Positions 42,430 through 58,739 of a stretch of 64,000 nucleotides of DNA are shown in pieces. The notes beneath the pieces were generated by a model. The model was not told where the DNA came from. It did no database searches and was given only the letters and a program-made list of their open reading frames with translations. This stretch comes from Eledone cirrhosa (Eukaryota). How positions within the stretch are numbered: the stretch's first letter is position 1; each line of letters opens with the position of its first letter. Where the stretch lies: positions 38,068,001 through 38,132,000 of the forward strand of contig OZ024749.1 of NCBI GenBank assembly GCA_964016885.1, in the 5' to 3' direction. The position numbers were made by a program, and so were the translations under genes.

Positions 42430-45149
42430 TTAATGATAGAAGGCTCCAGTCCTATTATGTCGTTATCGCAGCTCCGTTATCACACCGACACACACTCCTG
42501 TGTCATTCTAATGGGTTTTTTTTTTGGGGGGGGGGTCCATAAAATAAAGCACCAGTAATGCACTGGTGCCGTTTTAATCGACATTACCCTCCCTTCAAAT
42601 GGTAGGCCTTGTGCCTAAAGTATAAACAATTATTATTATAGGGCGATGGTTTGGCAGTATTGATAGAGCGTCAGACACCATCTTTTGCAGCATAGAGTGA
42701 TGGCCCTTTACGTTCTGAATTCACTCGCCGAGGTTAACTTTGCCTTTCATCCTTACGAGGTCGATAAAATAAAGCACCAGTAATGCACTGAGGTAATTGC
42801 TGGCCTTGTGCCAAAAGTAGAAAAAATTATTTGGCTTTTCTTCAGTCTTGGCACTGTATTTCTAAATCGTTCCAGTTTCAAATATGCGACACCTTTAGCG
42901 ATGAAATGTTATTTCTTATTCCTTATTTAGTTTCCTCTTTCGTTCAGTATGTTATGAAAGTGATTACGGGGACGAAAGCGGTAATTGACTCCAATTAAAC
43001 TGTGGCGGTTCTCAAGGTAAACCATAAATAATCTAAAACATTTTAAATTGCCTCAGAAAAATATTATTAGTGAGCTTAAATATTGAAAATGATATTTGTT
43101 ACCGAAAGTTTAATAATCCAAACGCAGAGAGAAAAAATGAAGAATCTTCTATTTTCTAGTGAATATAAAAATATTAATGGTGTCGAGTATAGGGAAGAAT
43201 GAAACAGAGAACATTTTTTCAGATGTCGTTAATTGACCAATTAAATTAAACTTAACAAATATGGCTGGGTTAAATTGAAGAGGTATAGACCCTTAGCTAA
43301 TTTTTCGAAGACATGAACGGAAAAAACTACAATTTATGGATTAATACAGGGATACTGGAAACTCAGCGAAGAGAAGAAGCGAAAAAGTTATTTTCAAAAA
43401 AAATCGAATCCGCGCATTAATCACGCAAATTTCAACTTAGTGAATATAACTTTCAATGAAGTAAACATATTCAACACCTGCTACTTTATAGAGCCAAAAT
43501 ACTAAAATACTGGCATAGCATAAATTTGGAGGAATACCTAAATTTACACTTACGTATTTAAATCTTATGCTGACTTCAGTACAAATTCTTTTAAAATGAG
43601 ATATTACCAACATATTCATAATTTTACCAAACAAAACTAAAATAACACATGCCACAATATTTTCAGATGCATTTCCTTGTTGACGGAGAGAGCATCGATC
43701 GATTTAAAAATGTATTGAATTTTGAAACTCCATGCAGGTCTTGTATATATCTAAATCACTTATATTTTATATTTTTCCAATATACGTTTCAATACAAACT
43801 ACTTAAAATTTGAATTCATATAAAAATGATTGTATATATATATTAAAAGGATTGTATATTGACATAATCAGTAGAGTATTGTAGTATTTAATTATGACAA
43901 CTTCAACTTTGCTCTCCATCATTCTGGTAGTCGGTAAAATAAAATAAAATAAAATAGTGAAATACTAGTCTACTGCTAAATGTGTGATATTGATCAAATC
44001 TTAGAAATCAGTATTCTTATTCCTTTTACGTTTAAGTTAGATTCCTGCCGATTTCAATTTCGCCTTTCCTTCTTTCTGTTTTAAAAAATATAATGTACCT
44101 GCGAAGTACCGAGTCAGCATAACCAGCTTTCTCTTCCTCCGTGTGCCTAGATTAGAATATTTGGCAGTGTCAGTTGCAATATTTTGCAGCTATGAAATGT
44201 AGGAAATTAAAATTATTTAAAAAATAAATTAAACACACACACACACACAACTAAACAAACAAAAATAAATCTATGAAATATAATTTATTACAAAAAATAA
44301 AGAAAAAAATACACTAACAAACAATCAAGCAAACATAAAACTGATGCCATTTAAATTCCTGTAGTTCTAATTAGCTATTTCTTTTATTCATTATTAATTT
44401 CTGGCTAAAAAAGTTGAATTCTTTCGGGGAATCGTTAAAACTGTAATGTCTGACAGATAAATGTTTTTTTTCTCAGAAAAAAGAAAGTGGGGGGGAATAA
44501 GGAACAGTTTGTGATATTCCACTGATAATTATCGACTTCCAATGATTAGGCAAATACGATATGTTTTTCTGAATCGATATGGAAAACATATCCACAAGAA
44601 GTTGATGCCCTTGTGGCCAATAAATAAAATCATTATTATTGTTGTTGTTGTTGTTGTTATTATTATTCATTATTATTATCATTATAAGGGCGGTCAATTG
44701 GCAGTATCGGTAGAGGGTCGGACGCCATGCTTTGACGCATTGAGTTACGGCCCTTGCCATTCTGAATTCAAATCCCGCCGAGGTTAACTTTGCCTTTCAT
44801 CCTTACGGGGATCGATAAAATAAAGTACCAGTAATACACTGGGGTATTTGCTGGCCTTGTGCCAACAGTAGAAACAATTATTATTATTATTATCATTATT
44901 ATTGGAAACAGTCAATCACTTATATTTAGAGAGCACAATCTGGACTTTTTAACTTTGCTATTTAATTTTGTTTGTGTAGTAGATTTTTATGAATTTAGGA
45001 TAAAGCACATACACGTTTATATTCACATATATATATATATATGCTTTTGCGTAAGTATTTATCAAGGAAATGTACTTTCACTTTTCACTGACTGTTGCAT
45101 GTGTACGGATATGTGTGTGGCGGCAGGACATTCACCCTGAGCATGAGCA

Positions 45150-45184
<35 letters not shown>

Positions 45185-45338
45185 ACAATATATATATATT
45201 GAGTCCAGAATTAGCTGTCGAAACGGCTTGAGCTCAGCCGTCGGGGTCCTACTCGTTCCTATTACCCACTCTACGACCCTAAGTATTGAGTACTTTGGTG
45301 CGTTATGGTCCTTCTGGTTCCTTACCACATTTCCTTCG

Positions 45339-45453
<115 letters not shown>

Positions 45454-45649
45454 TTGATAGATAGATATGTGTGTTGGTTTATGTGTATATATATATATAT
45501 CATAAGTTCGCTGTATTTATTCAGATATCTTGATGGTATATATATGTATTTATGTATATATATATATATATAAGTATATATATAAGTATATATATATATA
45601 TATATAAGTATATATATATATATATATAAGTATATATATATATATATAA

Positions 45650-45700
<51 letters not shown>

Positions 45701-45804
45701 TATATATATAAGTATATATATATATATATATAAGTATATATATATATATATAAGTATATATATATATATATATGCATATATATATATATGCATATATATA
45801 TATA

Positions 45805-45854
<50 letters not shown>

Positions 45855-45873
45855 TATATATATATATATATAA

Positions 45874-45994
<121 letters not shown>

Positions 45995-46491
45995 TATATA
46001 TACTGCTCTTTGTATATGTGCATCTGTGTGGTGTGTTTCTGTCTGTGTGTCGCTTGTTTTTCCAGGAGTACAAGCAAACACGTCAGCTTCTATCTCAATA
46101 TTTAGATTCGGTGAAAGAGGCTATCTCTCCGTCTCTCTATTCTCTCGCATTCCTTACACATTCTTCCTCTTTTCCCTCCAACTAACACCCCCCCCCCCCC
46201 CCCCCCCCATGTCTCCCAATATTTACATTTATTGAGAGAGGCTATCATGTGACATGAGAGACTCGGGCGACATTGAGATTCCCAATACACTACACTTGTG
46301 AAATTGAGTATTTGTATCACACGCTTTGCATATGTACATACAATGTTCTACGTGTTTGGTTTGTCTGTGTGTATATAGTTGTATATGTGTGTATATGGTT
46401 GTGTGTGTGTATACACACGCACACACTACCGATTGTGTTGTTATTTCTGTTTACCTTTTACATACACACATATATATATATATATATACAT

Positions 46492-46538
<47 letters not shown>

Positions 46539-46569
46539 CATATACATACATATATATATATACATATAC

Positions 46570-46606
<37 letters not shown>

Positions 46607-47231
46607 CATATATACACATATACATATACATACATATATATACATATAAATACATATATATATATATATACATATATATACATATACATACATATATATA
46701 TATACATATATATACATATACATACATATATATATATATATATACATATATATACATATACATATACATACATATATATATACATATATATACATATATA
46801 TATACATACATATATATATATATACATATATATACATATACATATATATATACATATATATACATATACATATATATACATATACATATACATACATATA
46901 CATACATATATACATATATATATATACATATACATATACATACATATATATATATATATTTATATACATATACATATACATACATACATATATATATATT
47001 TATATACATATACATATACATACATATATATATATATATATGCTCGTATGTGAGTACATTGAGTGAGTCAGAAGTGAGTAGAGGGATATACGTACACACA
47101 CATGTTTCTATATTGACAGAAAATATTACTACATCTCTGTATGGATGTACGTGTGTACGTGTGTACGTGTGTTTACTTGCTTGTGCGTGTATATGTGTAG
47201 GATGATATGAATATTAAGGAAAGTCCTGCCT

Positions 47232-47265
<34 letters not shown>

Positions 47266-49419
47266 AATGTAAGTATGTATGTATATATATGTATATATAT
47301 ATATAAGGCAGGACTTTCCTTAATATTCATATCATCCTACACATATACAGTAAGTGCCATACTAAGAGTGAGAAATGAAATTTCGTTTTCATTTTTTTCA
47401 ACTTATATATATATATATTATTTGGTCGCCATTCTGATTGCTTTGTAGTGTTTAGTTACATTCATTGACGTCATAAGTTCAATCCACGCCAAGACCATAT
47501 TCACTCTCACCCTTCGCCATAAAACACGAAGCATCAGTCAATTATTTACATAGAAAATAGAATTAAGTATAAAGAAGGAAGTATGATTGGAACGCTGCGG
47601 ACGAAGTTTGGAATTGAATTAGAAATAGAAGCTTTGCCGTAATACGCTGACTAAATATAGTTTAATAATTGTTTCTACTTTTGACACAAGGCCAGCAATT
47701 AATTATCCAGTGCATTACTGGTACTTTATTTTATCGACCCCGTAAGGATGAAAGGCAAAGTTAACCTCGGCGGGATTTGAATGGTTTCTTATATACTCAC
47801 AAGGCCAGCAATTCTGGGGAGAGGAAAGTCGATTAAATCGACCCCAGTGCGTGACTGGTGGTATATTTTATCGACCTCGTAAGGATGAAAGGCAAAGTCA
47901 ATCTCGGCGGGATTTGAACTCAGATCTTAAAGGGTCATAACTCTATGCTGCAAAGCATGGCGTCCGACCCTCTACCGATAATGCCAATCCACCGCCCTCT
48001 AAATATAGTCTAATAAGGAGGCGTATAAATCCACTGAACGGTAAAAATGGTAGCCTACCCGTCCGGCAAACGAAAGGTTAGGGTTCGACCACAAAATGTA
48101 CTGATGCCCATCTTTTTCCGTTCAGTGGGTTTATATGCCCCATTATTAGACTATATAATTTAGCGGTAGATTGGCTGTATCGGTAGAGTGTCAGACACCA
48201 TAAGCATAGAGTTATGACCCTTTGCCTTTCGTCCTCACGGGGTCGATAAAATAAAGTACCAGTAATGCACTGGGGTAATTGCTGGCCTTGTGCCAAAAGT
48301 AGAAACGATTATTTAGTCACAATATTATAACAGCACTTCTATTTCTATTTCAGTTCCAGGATTAAGTATATATCAAGGGAGAATATAGAAAAACATGCTT
48401 CACACCATTTATAGATACAGACGTTGCTGTTTTCTCGGACGGGCGTGTGTCTTTCTTTAGAGGTAATGTGATTTTCTTTACAGTTGTTGCCTGTTTATCA
48501 CTCCATTTGTAGAAATAATGAAGAGGCTGTTTTATACATACGCGCCCCTTAAATGACATAATATCTATATTTCAGTAGTTAAGTATTGATTTTTCCGGAA
48601 CGTACCTTTGTCTTTAGTCTGCCTTCGTAGAAAGTGTTGTCAATCCTTCCATTTGTAACAATAGCAAATAACATGTTAGATGTACGCATGAGACATGATA
48701 TGTCTATATTTCAACAGTTAAATCAGCGTAATTTCATAATATTTCTGTCATCTAGTATTGCTATATCGATTATTAAGATACTATTTTCATTTCTCTTCAT
48801 GGAAAATGATATCCTGCTTATTATGTGGTAATAATATGATATTTCATTGCCAGTTTTTTTTTTTTTTTGTAGGAGAAGTGAGTGTTTTTGTTAAGACGTC
48901 GAAAATGGGTAGACAAGCGTAGATAGCTCACTTTTGCACGTTGTTATATCTTCCAATATATTTAGTGGGAGTTAATGCAAATCATATTAATGATACATAA
49001 TATATTAATTATTTCAGAATAATAAACCCCATATATGACATTTATGATCTATATTTATAAATTCGAGTTCATGGCTAAAATACCGGAAAGACCACTCACC
49101 AATTAACTACTACATTCGAAACTTTTACCAAAGAAGGGGAGGATGGTAAATTACTTCTATTTATTAAAATAAGGAGGAGGGTAAATTACTTCTATTTCGC
49201 AAACAAGAGTTCAGATGAAAATAATTTCAGCAGGGATGAATATAAGATTAAGGGTTAATAGTATTATTTGTTTATCTTGCTGCTACAGGATTTTGATACT
49301 GTGACTGTTTTGTTTTGTTTTGTTTTTGTGGTTGTAACTGCTCATTTCATTATTGGTGGTGTTGTTCTTTTAAAATTATTTTATTAATGATACACTGTAA
49401 AAAAAGAACAACATAAAAA

Positions 49420-49975
49420 AGAATGTTTCTACCTTTGGCACAAGGCCAGCAATTATCCAGTGTATTACTGGTACTTTATTTTATCGACCCCGTAAGGATG
49501 GAAGGCAAAGTTAACCTCGGCGGATTTGAACTTAGACCATAAAGGGCCGCAACTCTTTGCTGCAAAGCATGGCGTCCGACTCTCTAGCGATACAGCTAAT
49601 CTACCACCAGAGTTTCTTCTTTTGGCACAAGGCCAGCGATTACTCCAGTGTATTACTGGTACTTTATTTTATCGACCCCGTAAGGATGGAAGGCAAAGTT
49701 AACCTCGGCGGATTTGAACTTAGACCATAAAGGGCCGCAACTCTTTGCTGCAAAGCATGGCGTCCGACTCTCTAGCGATACAGCTAATCTACCACCAGAG
49801 TTTCTTCTTTTGGCACAAGGCCAGCGATTACTCCAGTGTATTACTGGTACTTTATTTTATCGACCCCGTAAGGATGAAAGGCAAAGTTAATTTCTGCGGG
49901 ATTTGAACTCAGACCATAGAGGGCCGTAGCTCTTTGTTGGAAAACATGGCGTCCGACTCTCTACCGATACTGCCC
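49420..49975 (-). mobile_element. Head-to-tail triple SINE array (about 189-bp period)
   Basis: Units share private variants and the junction tctaccaccagagtttcttc, which indicates local tandem duplication. Confidence 0.88.
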
Positions 49976-50005
49976 AAAAATATTAATACTCCCTCCTGTA
50001 CTCAC

Positions 50006-50099
50006 CGGAAAAGCCAGCTTTACACACACATTTAAAATTGTCCCCTACGTCGATACATTTGGTCGCGTTACGACAAGGGTTCGGGTGGCACAAATCAAC
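50006..50099 (-). CDS. Exon of an EGF-repeat transmembrane protein (DNER/Delta-Notch-like); one EGF domain
   Basis: Acceptor ctttatttccattcAG and donor GTgagt. The 94-nt exon (phase 0 to 1) translates VDLCHPNPCRNATKCIDVGDNFKCVCKAGFS(G), the classic EGF Cys spacing. Confidence 0.92.
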
Positions 50100-50544
50100 C
50101 TGAATGGAAATAAAGTAGAAAATAAATACTACACAAATAAATACACACATGTATACATGTTCGTGAGTTTATACATACATACAAATATATATATATATCT
50201 GTGTGTGTGTGTATGTGTGTGTTTATGTGTGTGTGTGTATGTATGTGTGTGTGTGCGTGTGTGTGCGTGTGTTGTGTGTGTATATATATATGTATATATG
50301 TATATACAAATGGAAGTACAGCATAATCGAAGCTCTGGCTGCAGCTAAGCTAACGAATGCAGTCGGAATGTGCAGCTAAGCACTCAATAAGGTATTTTAC
50401 CTTAGAGTAATAACATTACGTTTAGACAGATTTGCAAATTGAAGATTGCGACCGGCAAGCCAGCCGCAGGGACCAAAGCAACGAGAAAACTGATTCAGGT
50501 TAATTTGACGTATATATATATATATATATAGCGAGAGAGAGAGA

Positions 50545-50614
<70 letters not shown>

Positions 50615-50956
50615 GGAATTGGAAATAGTACTGAAAATATATTTCTGTTTTTCTTTTTTTCTTCTTTGATTCGTGAAAGTGACATTATTGAGAGAATTAG
50701 AAGGACAACTCTTTTAAAAAAATAGTTTATAAGGTATATAAAATATATAAGATATAATCGGTTTCGATGTATTAATGAAATCCATCTTATCATATGTTGT
50801 GTGTTACAATTAAAAAGAATTAAAAATTAAAGATTTATAATTAAGTGTTGAGGCAGGTTTATTCATCTTTCTTGTTGAGAAGAAGACTGGATCTAAAATG
50901 GAATCACTATAACCACTATTTTGTATAGAACCTTACTCCCTTTTCACACACACACA

Positions 50957-50992
<36 letters not shown>

Positions 50993-50995
<3 letters not shown>

Positions 50996-51510
50996 GGTGG
51001 TGGCTGCCAACTCGTTTTCGAGTACGGCCACTACTTTATATCCATGTAGGAGAACCCCTACCGATGCACTGAACGAGTGTGACTTTTTAGTCCAGCCAGC
51101 GACTTGAAAACTCTGGTACAAACACTACACCTGTAACAATCATTGACACATAGTGCTGGGCCCATGGTACCATGTGACGACAAGTGCAGAGAGATCTCCA
51201 CATACAAAGCATTACCTGTGCCGTGAAGCTTTTATAGTGAGCAAAGGCACTGCACAAAGCCAGTCCCACTCTCTTAACCAAGATGATATTTACCAAAAAG
51301 AAGAACAAGTCAACATCATTGGATACCATCAAGGTTGAAGGTGTTATATCAGAGTTTTCCTTCTCCTAGAATTTTGCCTTGACAAAGGCTAAGGGGTCAT
51401 CTCTCCCGGTGATTTTGGATGGCCATTGACTCTTAAGAGCTCCTTTGCCCTTTGACAGGTTTTGTTTTTAGTCCCGCAGGATGTCCAAAGTTACCCTCCT
51501 CACCAAGAAA
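50993..51510 (-). mobile_element. Non-autonomous RTE-derived element, 5'-truncated
   Basis: Homologous to 31436-32030. Confidence 0.8.
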
Positions 51511-51982
51511 GATATATATATATATATTATAAACCATTTCTGTTTTACGCAAACTTGGTTAATTAGAATAAATTCGTTACTTTCGACAATCAATTGAGCA
51601 TTTTGATTTTCAGTTTGTCACAGTTTCGTAAAACTGAAACAGAGAGAAATGTAGAGAGAAATAGATCTCCCAGTTGCCATTTTGGTTGGGTTCTTCAATA
51701 GATATTAATGAAGTGAGGACATGATTATTGTCTTAAATTAGAATATAATTTTCCACTGAATTAATATCTCACAGAATAAAATACTGAATCAACACCGTGA
51801 ATAGTTTTCAAAGCTACTTGAAAGAACATTATTGATTTATGTTCAATTGAGTAACTATCGATATTTTCATAGAGATAAAATAACTATGTATGAATCTATC
51901 CACTTCACACACACACACATTTATATCTATATCTATCTATATATATGTGTGTGGTGTATTTGTGTGTGTGTGTATGTATATG

Positions 51983-52085
<103 letters not shown>

Positions 52086-52129
52086 GTATGTATATGTATA
52101 TATATGTATATAAATATATATACTTATAC

Positions 52130-52163
<34 letters not shown>

Positions 52164-52214
52164 GTATGTATATGTATATATAAGTATATAAATATATATA
52201 CTTATATATATATG

Positions 52215-52304
<90 letters not shown>

Positions 52305-52846
52305 TGTGTGCGTGTGTATTTATGTATGTATATATGCACACACACGCATATATATGTATATAGATTCATTTTATTTTAATATATTTGTGTATATTTTAGA
52401 TCAACCACGTTTTATTAATTCGATTCCATCATGAATGCCTTCCCTCATATACACGCGCATGTATATATATTTATTTAAAATCTTTTATAACTTTTATAAT
52501 TTTTTATAACTTTTTAAATATATTTCCTTGAATATCTTTTAGTTCTGTTTGTGTGCGTGTGTGTATATATATATATATTTTTTTTTCATATCGCACTTGT
52601 TTATGTGTGGCTTTATATGTATGTATGTGTAGATATGTTTGCATACATGTATGTTTGCATGCATGTATATTCATGTATATGTGTAATTGTATACATATGT
52701 ATATTCCAGGCATGACAATCATGCGGCCCACACAAAGATTTTTACAACGCGAGCAAGTTTTATCTTTGTATCTTTGGCTCTCTGTTTTTATGTGAACGCT
52801 GCATTTTATCACTTCGGAAATTATTTATACATATCTCTCTATCTAT

Positions 52847-53087
52847 CTAAGGCGGGTAAAATTCCCGAGATCCATGGACGAGTTCTCTCCAGCGGTCTCT
52901 GTCCCTCATTATCGCTGCCATATCCTGCATCTCCAACAGACCAGTGTCTGTCCTTAGGGCATCAACATATGTTAACCTTGGTCTTCCTCTTCTAGTGTGT
53001 CCATGTAGGGGCTCCCAAAGGAGAACTGAGTGCAATGTCAACTCTGGATGTCGGTGAGCATGTCCAGCCAACCTCAGTCTCCTCTGT
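52847..53087 (-). mobile_element. RTE-clade LINE 3' fragment (same family as 41281-41580)
   Basis: Near-identical peptide and (TAGA) tail. Confidence 0.85.
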
Positions 53088-53628
53088 ATAAATAGAGAGA
53101 TACACATATCACATATACATACACACACAGACATACATATACACACACATATGCTGTCTAATCAATCACATCTTTTATTAAGAGGAATCCTTTCAATGCA
53201 GTCCGGCACACAATAGTTATTTTCATTAACAATTGCTATTTGTGGGATTTCAAACTTCTGGCCAGTCATTCTGTGACCTCAGCTGTCATTTTGAGAACAT
53301 TGCATCATACTCTCTGGTAAATCTATATAAATAGGCACCTCTTTGAGAAACACTACAGTAGTTTCACAAATGATATGCCATGGCAAGGGCCATTAACTCC
53401 GAGGGGAGTCGAAGGGTGGGGGCACATTCATCTTCATTTCTGGAAACTGCTAACAACCGATTTCTCGAAGTGATAAAAGGCAGCGTTCACATAAAAGCAG
53501 AGAGCCGGAGCCAATATCACAAATATTTCTACCCGACGTTCAAACACCGCAATTGTTATACACCTCCCAAAGATCAGAGGCTCTCAACGTGTCTGTGTCC
53601 TTAGCAGTGGTTTCTGCTCCGAAAATCA

Positions 53629-53703
<75 letters not shown>

Positions 53704-53840
53704 GTGTGTGTGTATATATATATGTGTGTATATATATGTATTTATATATATATGTATATATATATGTGTATATATATGTATTTATATATATGTATATATA
53801 TATATATATATGTATTTATATATATATGTATATATATATG

Positions 53841-54015
<175 letters not shown>

Positions 54016-54019
54016 ACAT

Positions 54020-54076
<57 letters not shown>

Positions 54077-54872
54077 TACATATATACATATATACATATA
54101 CGCTATCGTCAGATAAAATACAATATATGGTTTACAGATAATCACATATCGACATATGAACTTAATGTTATGAGTTCAATGTAGATGGTGAATAAAACTT
54201 CGAAACTCGGGATGAATATGCTAATGAGGATAACGTTAAAACTGGAAAGGACAGTTATGTTTGACGCTACATATATTTAAATAATTATCAGAATTATTTT
54301 TCAAAAGGAAACGAAAAGAGAGGTTTGCTATTAAAATTGAAGAAAAAAACTGAAGAAAAAAGTATTTGAAGCTACTTACAAAATATTTATAGAAATATGC
54401 ATATATACGTCCGTACATGGGTATAGAAAGAATGAAATAATTATATTTAATTTTATTATTTAATTATATAATTTTGAAGTATTTATAATATTAAGGTAAG
54501 AATTATAAATTAATGTATTAAAGTGAGAACTATTAATTTAATTCATAATCCCAAATGTTTTACTATACGTTTAGTATCCAGCTGTTTACGGCTACCCTAG
54601 AACTGGGGATTCTGGTTAGTAAACGATGAAACAATAGATTAAAGCTGTTGACGTTATGGAAATTATCTATCGTAGATGTTGCCACCCGTGGCTGGAGCAG
54701 GGACGGAGTTAAATATTCATTAAAAACAACAGAATGCCGGACTGGAAACTTATTTTTTAATGGTAAATCTGCGAGAACACTATACATATTTCAATGGCCC
54801 AGTTTTATCATCCGATCTTAATACTAGACATAGCCGAGTTCATCAGGTGTTGAATGTAGAATGAGATATATA

Positions 54873-54922
<50 letters not shown>

Positions 54923-54928
54923 TCATCG

Positions 54929-55010
<82 letters not shown>

Positions 55011-55629
55011 TTATAAATATAAATTAATAAAAACAATGAATAAAAACAAAGAACAAGTTCCTTATATTAAAAAATTCATCATTTTACGATCGTTTCTAGG
55101 ATATATATGTGTGTTGGTATGTATATCATATAGATCTATGTAAAAATATTACAAACTATCAGAGGAAATATACATACCTTCACATATATATGCTGTCTTC
55201 AGAAATAATTGTTTCTACTTTTGGCACAAGGCCAGCAGTAACCAATACATTACTGGTACTTTATTTTATCGACCCCGTAAGGATGAAAGGCAAAGTTAAC
55301 CCCGGCGGGATTTAAACTCAGATCATAAAGGGCCGCAACTCTTCAGAAATAATGAGATTTTTTTATTGAAAAAACCAACAAAGATTTAATATAATAGGTC
55401 TGTTTGGGAACAAGTTTTGAATTGACCAATAGAAAAGTAGTAAGAGGACAAGTTGATAGAATAGTAGTAGTAGAAATTTAATTTAGGGGTAGAGGAATGC
55501 AGACTTATGTTTTGAATGGAAAGAATACTTTGAATGAAAAGATTACTTTGGGGTTGAAAAGAGGTCAAGCCGGTGAAAGGTACACGAAAATTTGATGTTA
55601 TTAAAGAATAATGTTAAAAACGAAGGAGA

Positions 55630-55665
<36 letters not shown>

Positions 55666-55908
55666 CGGTGAACACAAACAGAGAATATAGGGTAGATTTG
55701 GTTCAGGGATGGTTTGCCAATTCGGTGTTATTGTAACGGCATACTATTCCCGAATTATTGAAATATATATGGTGTATTCGCCCAATTTAAATATTTAAGA
55801 AAGTTTCCAGTCCGTCCTTCCGTTGTTTTATATATATATATATATAAACACATACACACGGAAGCACATATATATATATATTTATATATACATGCGCGTA
55901 TGTATATA

Positions 55909-55998
<90 letters not shown>

Positions 55999-56044
55999 TG
56001 AGATTCTACAGGACTAGAACTGTTTCATTCTTTAGAAATCATCA

Positions 56045-56095
56045 GGATTCCTGATGATTTCTCAAGAATGAAACAGTTCTAGTCCTGTAGAATCT
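56045..56095 (+). ncRNA. Type-I hammerhead ribozyme (family C), in palindrome 55993-56104
   Basis: GGATTC-CTGATGA-T.TTCT(ca)AGAA.T-GAAA-CAG(ttctagtc)CTG-TA^GAATCT. Confidence 0.78.
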
Positions 56096-56178
56096 CATCT
56101 ATATTAAAACTTTTATACTCTGCAATGTATTGAGTACCTTACTTACTGTGGTTACCTCCGATTCAACCCGGATTAACG

Positions 56179-56210
<32 letters not shown>

Positions 56211-56222
56211 AACACACACACA

Positions 56223-56332
<110 letters not shown>

Positions 56333-56376
56333 ATAAATATATATATATAGAAATCGAGAGATTGATTGATTGATAA

Positions 56377-56408
<32 letters not shown>

Positions 56409-58393
56409 GTATATATACACGCAGTGAAGAAATGATTGAAAAAGTATTTGATAATTATGAGAGATGAATGAGCTGCCTGCAGCAGTGTGACGAAACACTT
56501 TAATGTTTGATATTAACTCGATTGAATTATAAATGAATAATTATACAAATAATATTATTAACAATTATTATGATTATTTATCTATATAGTAATGCCTTTA
56601 TTTCTATATTAGTATAGTAATAGGATATTTATTTCTTTATAGTTAATCTCTGAAGGTAATTACATTCAAATTTCTATTCTTTCATACAATAACCTGAAAG
56701 GTTAAACTAGAGTAGAAGGAGTCACTAAAGAGGGTGGCGGAGGACGAATTGAAGTTATGCAAAACAAAAAAAAGCAAAAAAGCAAAAAACAAAATCGGCT
56801 GATAATGTGTAAGACATCTAAACATTCGTGTAAAAGTTAATAAATAATTATATAATTGTCTGCAACAATCATATAATATATAGATAGGCGTGCTTTTAAA
56901 ATTTACATACAGCTACGTTAAACGGACACAGCTTGGCCGAATGTTTTAGAAATTTGTTCGTAATTATTAGATCTCTCGTTCAATTCAACTACTTGACATC
57001 ATGGGTGATTGTCATTTAACGTAGCCTGGGTGGGGAGTGTTTTATGTCTTTTGATGGAATTGCGGAGACAGTTTGGAAGCCCCTCGCGTAGACTTTACTT
57101 GCAGTTCAAAGAGCAAGCCTTGTCACATCCTGTGTCAAAGTGAATCTCCCTGAAAACTACGTTTACAGGTATAAGTGTCTTGAAATGCTCAAGTCACTCA
57201 CTTGTGCACTAATTATACGAGGAGAGCATTCCGTTGATCAAACATCTGGAACACTCATCGTCGAAATCTATGGAGGTCCATTCCAATTCATTTCCCAGAT
57301 ACATTTATGAAGGTGCGAAAGTAAAGAGCAAGTGACACTTCTATTTCTAGCACCGTGAATGCTGGACAGCTAGTTTTGGCTTGCCTACACACGTGTAGTC
57401 AGACCTGCAACATTTTTGACGTGAGATATACTAATTTTACTGGATTCCTATTGATAAGCACAGAAGATTTGGACATTTCACTCTTTTATTTCTATTCCAT
57501 TTCGATTCTCTTTATTTTTCAATTCACATTCCACCGTTGCGAAACTTATTTAGGTTTCGAGGTTCAAATTCGTCTACAGAACAGGTTTGAATTTTGAAAT
57601 TTAAATCTGTCCATGAATCATGGCCGTTGCCAATATAAGCTTGTCTTTATTGACTTATATCGAGACAGACAAATTGTATTCACTTTAATTAGTTTATTTC
57701 ATTAATAGCTAACTTTGTCTGTTGCAATATAAACACATTTCGTGTTTATCATATATTTTAAATTTATTTAACTGCTCGGAAGAGCCCCTTCCTGGAGCTT
57801 AATTATTGTAAACGACTGAGAGTTTATTCTCAAAATATAATATAATTATGTATATATATATATATATATAATAAAATATATAGAAATAATCACAGAAAAA
57901 TGTATTTAAAATTACAAGAGCTGAAAAACCACTTTCGTACGAAGAATGTAATCTATGAAACAAACGGAAATTACATAATAACCGGAAAAAAAATTGAATT
58001 AAAATGTACAAACCGTATCAATAACTATTGAACTCCTGGACAATCTACAGATGGGGTCTGTTTCGCCGTAAAATGTGTGTTTGTAACAAAAAATCCTATG
58101 GCTTCTCAACAGTAGTATGGATTATATCAACAAATACCTGGAGATAATTTAGGTAATATAGGCAGTACAAAGTGGCGTGAGTGGATATATGTAATAGAAA
58201 AAGATTCAGGACTCCGATGGCTGAGTTCCGGCCGTTTCGACAGCTATCAGATTTAGCTGTCAAAACGGCCGGAAGTTCAGCCGTCGGGGTCCTGAATCTT
58301 TTTATATTTTTTTATATTAACCACTCTACTACCCCAAGTATCGAGTACTCTGGTGGATTATGGTCCACCTAGTATTTTACCACACCCTTTCTG

Positions 58394-58432
<39 letters not shown>

Positions 58433-58699
58433 TCCAAGAAGTGTAACGCGGAGTTACTGTAGGTTCACTCGGGTGAACATTCGATGTTTAGGTACTCGTC
58501 AGTATCGATACTGAAGAGAACCTACATAGTAGAGTAACTGCTACAGAGGTCCGACGAGCTTTTGATTCCAGAGTCGGGCCAGATCGATACAGATCGAACC
58601 TTGAGCTGATCAGTAGCGAAACGCGCGTCACCAACCAATAAACGTAATGAATGTGTAACCATTCGTCCCTGTATTATTATTATTATTATTATTATTATA

Positions 58700-58739
<40 letters not shown>

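Noticed and set aside
52770-53510. Inverted ~45-bp pair (52775-52816 and 53467-53507) as MITE termini
   Set aside because: No TSD or clear ends found; may be two fragments of an old repeat.
54563-54787. Minus-strand ORF as an upstream exon of the EGF gene
   Set aside because: No Cys pattern and no convincing phase-0 donor.
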